From positions 1-10,094 of the forward strand of contig JAITVV010000013.1 in NCBI GenBank assembly GCA_031285625.1: a stretch of 10,094 nucleotides of DNA, in the 5' to 3' direction. Position 1 is the first letter of the stretch. Every line of letters begins with the position of its first letter. This DNA is from Prevotella sp. Its GTDB lineage: Bacteria > Bacteroidota > Bacteroidia > Bacteroidales > Dysgonomonadaceae. Below the pieces are notes generated by a model. The model made no database searches, had not been told where the DNA came from, and saw only the letters and a list, made by a program, of their open reading frames with translations. Below, in pieces: positions 1-7,220 of this stretch. The translations under genes were made by a program, and so were the position numbers.

Positions 1-269
1 TATATACTGATATTATGTTCTTTCACCGCATTATATTCATCTGTCGCTTTCATTTTTACCGCATAGTCTCCGGCATGACCATAATCAGGGGCAACAGAGA
101 ATGATACCTTGCCGGCTTCAACTGAAGATGTTACAAATTCCGGTTTGTCGGTAATTTCCACAGTAAAAGTGTTATTTTCTTTATCTGTAACGTTTATATT
201 CAAAGTTTCCGTTTCTTTCTCGGCAATCATAAGTGTAGACGGTGCCTCGTTGAAAAACGGTGCCTCATT
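1..269 (-). other. Cadherin-like / Ig-like repeat (continues beyond the window)
   Basis: NEAP..IAEKETETLNINVTDKENNTFT...PEFV...VAPDYGHAGDYAVKMKATDEYNA matches the NxAP / E / DxE / P..AGxY / ATD pattern of bacterial cadherin-like domains. Confidence 0.7.
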
Positions 270-3200
270 CATATGCAATGCGACAGGTATTTCAACCACA
301 GAGGCATTTACATCATTGGACTTGATGACAACACGTGCCTTCTGGTCTCCCTTTTCGGCAAAAGAAGCAACAAACTTAATATCTGTTTTCGTCGATTCTC
401 CCATTTGCAATGTTCCTGTGTCAGGAGTCAGAATCTTAAGCCACCCGCTTTCCTCTAACTTACGTTCAGCTGCATACATAACACAACCTGAAGCCGGATC
501 AGCACCGATTGATGACAAATAATCCTGCATATCGTACCATTCACCATCGGCAAACCACAAGTACCTGCCTGCGGTAATCGGAACATTTCTGAGCTGGATA
601 GTCTGAGGATATGTCAAATCCATTGGATAAGTGAATATTACGTAGAATTCTTCATTTGGCAATATCTGTGCCGGTTTAGCAAACGTATAGTTCTTTTTCA
701 TAATAACCTGCCTCTCATCATGGTCTTCAGGAAAAGAGAACTCAAAACTTCCGCTTGCAATAGTTACAGCATTCGAAATATTAGTACCTCCGGCTCTTAC
801 TTCGACTTTTATCGTGCCACTCACACCTTTATCCAAAGTTACATAGCTACCCACATCCGACAAGGTAAATCCGGTCTTATCGGCAACAAACCTGGTAGCA
901 GCAATTGTAGCCGTACTTCCGTTATGCCCCATCCCATTATTTATACCTGTTTCGCTTATATATTGCATCTTCCTGTTAAACTCATCGGCATGAGTCGTTA
1001 TAGAATTGAGCGACTTCTTATCCAAAGTGGCAACATTCAGTTCGGGTGTCAGTGCATTCATCCTTGTTTTCGACATAACCTCATTGCGGACAGATGCAGT
1101 AGAAGCAATCGGTTTTCTCTCATAATTTACAGAAACATTATAATCGAGCTTGTATCCTCCATCTTTATTATCAAAAATAATCGAGCGTTCGGTAGCTTCA
1201 TCAGCCGTATTAAAGGAAACATTGATCGGGGTATTGTCTACATTGATCACAGGAGATTTGTAACCAAACCCTTTCAACTCAACCCTTATATCTCCTTCAG
1301 AGGTTGTAAGGATCAGAACATCTTCATATGTTCCCGGTACTTGTGGCTGGAACCGTACATAACTCTTGAACGATGACCCGGGTAGTAAAAATTGCTGCGG
1401 ATACCCTCCCCAAAGCCCCTCAATCGGAGTCCATGTAGCACCAAGCATCCCTGCAGACAGCACAAGCTGAGTCAGATATTTACCTCCGGTTTCCATGCGT
1501 GCGTTGGTAATACGCACCGGAGCGGTTCCGGTATTGGTGATAATCAATGGTTTCGATATCGATTTGTAAGCAGATTCCACTTTGTCGAACACGACTTCCG
1601 TATCGCCCAAATTGATTGCCGTAGGGGCATCGACGAATGCTGTCCCAGCTACAGTTACCGATACCGGTTTCAGTATTTCCGGAGTGGCGGGACTATTGGT
1701 CTTGAATAAAAGGTTATCGCTGAATGTTCCTCCATAAATATTGGCCGCGTCCAATATGATATTACCTCCTAACTTTTCTTTCGGTTTTAATACTTGCTTT
1801 TTATCCGGAACTATGACATAAGCCAAACCTTTACCTAAAGGTAATGCGCTACGGTTTGATAAAACGATAAACTCTTCACCTCCGGCTTTCTGAACCCCTA
1901 CTGTACCCGAACTAGTTCCGTTCGATACCCCGTCGGTAAGTTTGTATTGGTACTTTATCAGTCCATCCTTGTAAAGTATGACTTGAAACGATTCGCCCCA
2001 TCCAAACAGGTTTACAAAGTACATCCACGATATAACCACCTTATCTTCATACACCTGATAGTACAGGCCTGCTTCGTCCGGATAGTTGTAAGTATCAAAA
2101 CTACCCGGAGACCAAAGCGGACATAAGAAATCAGACCCTTTATATGTAATCGGTAAACTCTCGCTTGGGTAGGGCATGGCATCCGGATCACCGCCTATAG
2201 CAATAATACCATTATCTCCCACTTTTATAGTATCGCATTCCATGCCATAATAAGTAAAAGTAAAAGGCAGTATAATCTCTTTCCAGAAAACATTCTTATT
2301 CTGATTATTGCTCGGATCATACGGTAACTTAGTTCCTGTCTTTAATATATTCAACCAGTTATAAGAAGGCTCGCCGTTATTTTCCGTTTTCACATGATAA
2401 TCATGCTTAATCGCCGAAGCAGCAGCATCTAATTTGAACCACTGACCTCCTATGACAGATACTTCAAGATCTGATCCTCCGGTATTTTGAATCTCGAAAG
2501 GGAACGTTTTATTCTCATTCAGATTCAGACTGGCTGATACAGGAGTAAGATCGGCTGTGAATACCGGAACTGAGCGAACCAGAGCTTTCAGGCTTATTTT
2601 TTGTACTTTTCCATCAGGGAAATTGATTTGAAGCGTATCAGTCAGGTCGGTAATAGCCGACGTATTCGGAGCAACCTTATAGATAGCATTAATTCCCGGT
2701 TCGATTATCATATCGCCCGATACAGTAAACTTACTATTGTCACTAACGATAGAACTGATACTTACTTGTTTGCTTCCGTTATTTTTGATTGAGAATTCTT
2801 TCTCATAAGGAAAGTTTTCATAGACCACGCCGAAGTCAATCATGTCGGCAGATACAGAATAATCAACAGTCCCGCCTTTGGTGACATTCAGTGTTGTAGA
2901 ATATGAAGCCGCCGGATTAACAGGGTCGTTGCTTATAATACTCAGATTACGCAAGATAACACCTTCCGGTAGTGACCGTGTGTCCATCACCGCTTTCGCT
3001 ATAACTGACTCGCCGGGAGCAATTATACCCGAACCGTTTTCCACAGATGTAATAATATCGGGACCCGGATAATCGAATCCTATGACTGTCGCTTTTTCGA
3101 TAGCGAAATCACCACGATTTCTTACCATTATGCCATCATTTTGAGCAACGTCTTCTATCATCACAATCATTCCATCCTTAACCCAAGATGCTTCCGCCAA

Positions 3201-6200
3201 TTCCTTATAATAAAATCGTATATTTCCGTTTGCAAATAAGACAATTTGTCCGGTAAACGGTTCATTGCTATATTTCGCATTCGTGTATTGCAAAATGAAA
3301 CGGTCAGATTCTATCTTATAAAGGATCTTAGCATCTGCAAGGTTCACGCTGTTGGAATAGCCCATCAAAGAAATATATCCTTTCAAATCGCCATGTAACT
3401 TCGGACTATTATAAGGTTTGGCTTTATCATCAAATGTTGTAAACCCATTTTTAGTAATGTATATTTTACTTTGATTTACACCGTAATATGGGAAATCGAA
3501 TCCAAATGATACTTCCTTGAAGAAATTGTCTATAAAATAACCGGTTATATCTACACCCGTAGCGGAAATATCATTGAATTGATAAGTGAGTGAAGTCGCA
3601 GGATCCAATCTGCTGTCACTACTGCGGACTGTATATCCATAGGAGTGGTAATCATCCGGCCAGTCGGAGCTGATCCCCTGATCATCGAATCCCGGAATGA
3701 AATATTCAAGCGGAAAACCTCCATTATTTTTTATCATTACCTCACGTGTAACAATATCACCAATAGCGATACTATCAATTGTAGCGGTTAGCGGAGATAC
3801 TTCTATTTCAGAAGTCTCAGCTCCTACCCCGAACAGGGATAATGTATATGAATATGTACCGTTCGATATAGTCAGTTTTCCATTGATATTGCCTGATGTA
3901 GTCGGCTTGAAACTCACCCTTATCACACTTTCGCTTCTGGCATCTACCTGACCTGTTTGCCCAACCACCTCGAACTGAGGGTTATCAACAGAAGCATTCA
4001 GACTTTTAACCAGCCCATAGCCTGTATTTTCCAGCACAATATCGACAGTAGTTTCTGCATTTTTGAAGACACTTCCGAATTCGACGATGCGAGGATATAC
4101 GATATTAGGCTTATGACCTGACACATTGAATGTAACAGGTATTCTGTACTCTGCATTTTTAGAATCATTTGATTTGAAAATAACGTTTGCTTTATAGCTA
4201 CCGTTTATCAGAGCCGAACCATCTGCCTGAATACTGATGGTTTCCTCTGATTTTCCAGCAACATTACCGGAGGCAGGGTTCAATACTAAATACTGACTCA
4301 TGTTAGGCATCTGGCTCACTGCCGCAATACCCCATGCATATGACTGGGATATTCCTGCATTAGATAATAATTTCCATGTTGCTCCGTAATTATCGGAAAA
4401 GAAACAATAATCGGAATATTCGGGCGATGTTTCCGGAGCAATACCCAGAGAATATCCATTACCACCCGGTACATGTACCACCACATAGAACTCCTGACCT
4501 TTTTCGAAGTATATATGTTCGTCCAGAGCTATGTTATGGGATGTAATCCACGAACTAGTCGGTTGATATTCCTGTGTCCTGCGCAGTTTTCCTTTTTCGA
4601 GAGCACCTTCATATACCTGAATGATGATAGGACCGGTTCCCAAAGTATAATTGACATCCGTCTGTATCTGGGTCAGGTTGAATCCATTATCCTCTGTTAC
4701 TATAAATTTCACTGCTCCCGATGTTGGTATTGAAGGATCTGTATCACCAATGAAGACAGTAGACGAATATTGTATATATTTTTTTGTTATGGGAGAGAAA
4801 GATGCTCTTGCTACAGGTTCTGTATTGCGTACTGCCGGCATTGCTTTTGCTTCTTTTGTTCCAATCCCTTTCGGCATAGCAGTAATAACAGGGAAAGTTG
4901 CGGCGGAAAGCGTCAAGCCTGTATTACGGACTTCATATTCCCAGCGTAGCAATCCTTCCGACTCATTCAACAAGCTGAACTGCTTTGTGGAAATGGCGGA
5001 AGATCCAACTTGGGCTACCAGTGAAATAGATTTATCTACCGATCCGGTATTTACATTTATTGACGGGCCATTATTGGTCGTTCCGGTGATAACATTCGAC
5101 AAAATAGACTTATTGCCCCATCTGTCGACAGAAATTACGCCGAAGTAATATTTCATAGTACCCAATAGATTACCTATCTCATATGCCACAATTTCCCCTG
5201 CGGGCTTCATATTCTCCAGCTTCAACAGGGAGGCTTTGCTTAAATTAGTTTCTGACAACGGTTCTGTCGAATAATATATATTGAACAGAACAGGTATATC
5301 GTCGTCCGAATCTGCAGGAACCGGCCATTCCAAATTCACAAATTCCTGAGCAATACCCTTTACTGCAAGTGATGTTATCTGTCCGGGTGCAATCCCTTTA
5401 TTTATACGTATAGCCAGTTCGGCATCAATTGCTCCCCTACCCAGCTTACCGGTAAAGTTCGGATTATGACTGTCTATGTTTTTTACCGAAGTTAATAAAA
5501 TATTCCACAGTTCGTTATTAGTTAATTGCTTAGTTCTGTTAGCCAATGCCAGTGCAGCAATACCCGACACATGAGGGCAGGCCATTGATGTACCATTCAT
5601 ATACCCATACTGGTTACCCGGTAATGTACTTAATACTCCGGCTTTCACCATACCATAAGTGCTCTGATCGCCACCGGGGGCAGAGATTTCCACCCACTTT
5701 CCATAATTGGAATAACTTGCAATTTTCCATTCCGGACCAATAGAACTGACAGCAAAACAACGCTCGTAAATTCCCGGCCAGAAAGCATCATCTAAAAACT
5801 CGTTTCCGGCAGCAAATATTACAATACCACCTTTCATAGGGCTACCGGGATAATCGCCCGCATGGTCAATAAAATAGTCTATACCCGCTAATACATCAGC
5901 TTCATATACTCCCGGAGACTGGTATCCCCAGCTATTTTGAGAGATGACCGCACCCATATCGGCAGCATATATATATGCTTTGAAAATATATCCGGCTGTA
6001 GCACCGTTAAGTATTTGCATCGACATAATCTTCACTCCGTCGCCTTTACCTGTACCTCCGGCAACACCCGAAACACCAATACCGTTGTTATTCACAGCAC
6101 CTACAGTTCCGGCTACATGCGTACCATGACTCATGGCATCGATATTTCCGGTAAGTTTGGTGAAATTGAATCCATTAACATCGTCAATATATCCATTAAC

Positions 6201-6935
6201 ATCGTTGTCTATACCATCGCCTGCTATTTCTTTTGTATTTACCCATATATTACCTTTCAGATCTTCATGATTTACATCTATACCCTCATCGAATACCGCG
6301 ACAACTACATCAGAACTTCCTGCTGTCACCTGCCATACTTTTTTGAGATTAGTATCGGCTTTTTCCCCTGTCAGTCCCGGCAAACCATTGTTTATGTAAT
6401 GCCATTGATCTTTCAGGTAAGGATCATTAAAAGGAAGAGAACCGGAAACATCTTTTGTTCCTTTATAAACTGTAGCTTCAGTCGGAGCTATAACTTTCAG
6501 GTATTCACATTCAACCTTACCTACCCCAGGTACTTTTCTCAGCACGTCGGCGGCGGTTTTCGGATCGACATTTTGGTCAAATTCCACTACATACCATAAG
6601 TGAAGCCCTGCTTTACGATGCTTGGCTTCTAAAGCCGGATTCAGGCTTTCGGGAATCAGCCGTCCCATTTTAACAGCCCTGATTGTACCAATGGCCTCAT
6701 CAAATCTTGTTATTCCCGTAGACAACACTTTTCCTGTTGATTTAATTCGCATCTGGCTGAGCGTTGCAGTCATTGACGGATCAAATTTGACCTTGACAAC
6801 ACCTTGCTGGATATTGTTTTTAAACACTGCATTCTGAGCATGCATGCCGGATAAAGCATACAAAAACAAGAACGAAAACATTATCCATTTACAAATACCT
6901 GATCTGTAATTGACTAATACATAATCCATAATCAT
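1..6935 (-). CDS. Giant secreted multidomain S8 family (subtilisin-like) serine peptidase, >2311 aa, 3' end outside the window
   Basis: Manual translation of the minus frame shows no stop from ATG 6935 (alternative ATG 6929; upstream in-frame TAA at 6948-6950) to the window edge. N-terminus MIMDYVLVNYRSGICKWIMFSFLFLYALSGMHA-QNAV. Subtilase motifs VVVAVFDEGID, SHGTHVAGTVGA, IFAAGNE and GTSMACPHVSG are followed by Fn3-like, Ig-like and cadherin-like beta-rich repeats. Confidence 0.96.
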   Translation of the reverse strand, partial: MIMDYVLVNYRSGICKWIMFSFLFLYALSGMHAQNAVFKNNIQQGVVKVKFDPSMTATLSQMRIKSTGKVLSTGITRFDEAIGTIRAVKMGRLIPESLNPALEAKHRKAGLHLWYVVEFDQNVDPKTAADVLRKVPGVGKVECEYLKVIAPTEATVYKGTKDVSGSLPFNDPYLKDQWHYINNGLPGLTGEKADTNLKKVWQVTAGSSDVVVAVFDEGIDVNHEDLKGNIWVNTKEIAGDGIDNDVNGYIDDVNGFNFTKLTGNIDAMSHGTHVAGTVGAVNNNGIGVSGVAGGTGKGDGVKIMSMQILNGATAGYIFKAYIYAADMGAVISQNSWGYQSPGVYEADVLAGIDYFIDHAGDYPGSPMKGGIVIFAAGNEFLDDAFWPGIYERCFAVSSIGPEWKIASYSNYGKWVEISAPGGDQSTYGMVKAGVLSTLPGNQYGYMNGTSMACPHVSGIAALALANRTKQLTNNELWNILLTSVKNIDSHNPNFTGKLGRGAIDAELAIRINKGIAPGQITSLAVKGIAQEFVNLEWPVPADSDDDIPVLFNIYYSTEPLSETNLSKASLLKLENMKPAGEIVAYEIGNLLGTMKYYFGVISVDRWGNKSILSNVITGTTNNGPSINVNTGSVDKSISLVAQVGSSAISTKQFSLLNESEGLLRWEYEVRNTGLTLSAATFPVITAMPKGIGTKEAKAMPAVRNTEPVARASFSPITKKYIQYSSTVFIGDTDPSIPTSGAVKFIVTEDNGFNLTQIQTDVNYTLGTGPIIIQVYEGALEKGKLRRTQEYQPTSSWITSHNIALDEHIYFEKGQEFYVVVHVPGGNGYSLGIAPETSPEYSDYCFFSDNYGATWKLLSNAGISQSYAWGIAAVSQMPNMSQYLVLNPASGNVAGKSEETISIQADGSALINGSYKANVIFKSNDSKNAEYRIPVTFNVSGHKPNIVYPRIVEFGSVFKNAETTVDIVLENTGYGLVKSLNASVDNPQFEVVGQTGQVDARSESVIRVSFKPTTSGNINGKLTISNGTYSYTLSLFGVGAETSEIEVSPLTATIDSIAIGDIVTREVMIKNNGGFPLEYFIPGFDDQGISSDWPDDYHSYGYTVRSSDSRLDPATSLTYQFNDISATGVDITGYFIDNFFKEVSFGFDFPYYGVNQSKIYITKNGFTTFDDKAKPYNSPKLHGDLKGYISLMGYSNSVNLADAKILYKIESDRFILQYTNAKYSNEPFTGQIVLFANGNIRFYYKELAEASWVKDGMIVMIEDVAQNDGIMVRNRGDFAIEKATVIGFDYPGPDIITSVENGSGIIAPGESVIAKAVMDTRSLPEGVILRNLSIISNDPVNPAASYSTTLNVTKGGTVDYSVSADMIDFGVVYENFPYEKEFSIKNNGSKQVSISSIVSDNSKFTVSGDMIIEPGINAIYKVAPNTSAITDLTDTLQINFPDGKVQKISLKALVRSVPVFTADLTPVSASLNLNENKTFPFEIQNTGGSDLEVSVIGGQWFKLDAAASAIKHDYHVKTENNGEPSYNWLNILKTGTKLPYDPSNNQNKNVFWKEIILPFTFTYYGMECDTIKVGDNGIIAIGGDPDAMPYPSESLPITYKGSDFLCPLWSPGSFDTYNYPDEAGLYYQVYEDKVVISWMYFVNLFGWGESFQVILYKDGLIKYQYKLTDGVSNGTSSGTVGVQKAGGEEFIVLSNRSALPLGKGLAYVIVPDKKQVLKPKEKLGGNIILDAANIYGGTFSDNLLFKTNSPATPEILKPVSVTVAGTAFVDAPTAINLGDTEVVFDKVESAYKSISKPLIITNTGTAPVRITNARMETGGKYLTQLVLSAGMLGATWTPIEGLWGGYPQQFLLPGSSFKSYVRFQPQVPGTYEDVLILTTSEGDIRVELKGFGYKSPVINVDNTPINVSFNTADEATERSIIFDNKDGGYKLDYNVSVNYERKPIASTASVRNEVMSKTRMNALTPELNVATLDKKSLNSITTHADEFNRKMQYISETGINNGMGHNGSTATIAATRFVADKTGFTLSDVGSYVTLDKGVSGTIKVEVRAGGTNISNAVTIASGSFEFSFPEDHDERQVIMKKNYTFAKPAQILPNEEFYVIFTYPMDLTYPQTIQLRNVPITAGRYLWFADGEWYDMQDYLSSIGADPASGCVMYAAERKLEESGWLKILTPDTGTLQMGESTKTDIKFVASFAEKGDQKARVVIKSNDVNASVVEIPVALHMNEAPFFNEAPSTLMIAEKETETLNINVTDKENNTFTVEITDKPEFVTSSVEAGKVSFSVAPDYGHAGDYAVKMKATDEYNAVKEHNISI
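267..5070 (-). repeat. Four diverged protein-level repeat units (about 410-460 aa period): split Ig-like domain with an inserted domain, separated by ASH/choice-of-anchor-D-like Ig domains
   Basis: Recurrent motif FKSND (4170), IISND (2931), FKTNS (1698), IKSND (318), spaced 413, 411 and 460 aa. Recurrent LLNES, IKNNG, IQNTG and FDNKD (N codons at 4965, 3726, 2484, 1167). Intervening domains begin EFGSVF..LENTG, DFGVVY..IKNNG and NLGDTE..ITNTG. No obvious DNA-level identity between units. Confidence 0.75.
5076..5390 (-). other. Fibronectin type III-like domain
   Basis: APGQITSL...VNLEWPVPAD...FNIYYS...IGNLLGTMKYYFGVISVDRWGNKSILSNV shows the W / Y / L-x(5)-Y / S pattern of Fn3. Confidence 0.8.
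5403..6434 (-). other. Peptidase S8 catalytic domain (fervidolysin-like subgroup), triad intact
   Basis: Counting from ATG 6935: Asp216 (6288-6290, AVFDEG), His270 (6126-6128, SHGTHVAG), oxyanion Asn378 (5802-5804, AAGNE) and Ser450 (5586-5588, GTSMACP). Also GGTGKGDGVKIMSMQI, ISQNSWG, YSNYGKWVEISAPGG and KLGRGAIDA. Confidence 0.95.
6480..6815 (-). other. Subtilase N-terminal (propeptide-like) domain
   Basis: IQQGVVKVKF...TGITRFD...KHRKAGLHLWYVVEFD...LRKVPGV resembles the N-terminal domain (Peptidase_S8_N-like) of Bacteroidota subtilases and precedes PFNDPYLKDQWHY, the usual start of the mature catalytic region. Confidence 0.7.
6837..6935 (-). other. Sec/SPI signal peptide of the S8 peptidase
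   Basis: Basic residues (R, K), hydrophobic core WIMFSFLFLYALSG, then M-H-A followed by Q. A Gln at +1 is the common Bacteroidota pattern. No lipobox Cys at the cleavage site. Confidence 0.8.
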
Positions 6936-7040
6936 ACTGTAATCAAATTAAGTAAATAAGAGATATTTAAACACAACAAATTTTCTGTTTATTTATGCAT
7001 ACGCCCGATGGATGGAGGTATATATATATTCTGAGATCGG

Positions 7041-7061
7041 GATTAGTTGATTGTACTAATC
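7041..7061. promoter_or_regulatory. Inverted repeat GATTAGT-N7-ACTAATC (candidate operator or leader hairpin)
   Basis: Perfect 7-bp inverted repeat about 105 bp upstream of the S8 start codon. Function is inferred. Confidence 0.35.
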
Positions 7062-7091
7062 AGTACTTTTCTTAAATTTTGACTTCGGATA

Positions 7092-7121
7092 CAAATTTTA
7101 CTAATTTTCAGAAAAAAACAA
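7092..7121 (-). promoter_or_regulatory. Candidate imperfect Bacteroidota sigma-A promoter for the S8 gene
   Basis: The minus strand reads TTG (7121-7119), an 18-19 nt spacer, then TAAAATTTG (7100-7092). This is one deviation from the -7 consensus TAnnTTTG with a partial -33 TTTG. Confidence 0.4.
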
Positions 7122-7149
7122 CGATTTTATAAAAAAGAATGAAGTCTGT

Positions 7150-7171
7150 TACTGGAACAATACTACTACAA
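7150..7171. promoter_or_regulatory. Tandem 11-bp direct repeat TACTGGAACAA / TACTACTACAA (candidate activator site)
   Basis: Two adjacent 11-mers with 8/11 identity (TACTnnnACAA), one helical turn apart, about 30 bp upstream of the candidate -33 element. Confidence 0.4.
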
Positions 7172-7220
7172 AAGTAATTACTATTGCATATAAACGACTA
7201 AGCATAAGCTGTTTAATAAA

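Noticed and set aside
3108-3116. RGD tripeptide (VRNRGDFAI) in the protease, a possible integrin-binding motif
   Set aside because: A single RGD in more than 2300 aa is unremarkable by chance, and it is absent from the paralogous B2 domain.
109-6837. All plus-strand ORFs in the track over this span, including the 218 aa (720-1376) and 220 aa (5937-6599) ORFs
   Set aside because: They lie antisense to the continuous, motif-rich S8 gene and show no recognisable motifs; these are shadow ORFs.
7019-7118. (TA)5 at 7019-7028 and A7 at 7112-7118 as phase-variation tracts
   Set aside because: Too short and common in AT-rich intergenic DNA; one sequence gives no evidence of length variation.
6936-7220. 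Rho-independent terminator or invertible promoter between the regulator and the protease
   Set aside because: No GC-rich stem followed by a U-tract and no long inverted repeats flanking the promoter were found; no recombinase gene is in the window.
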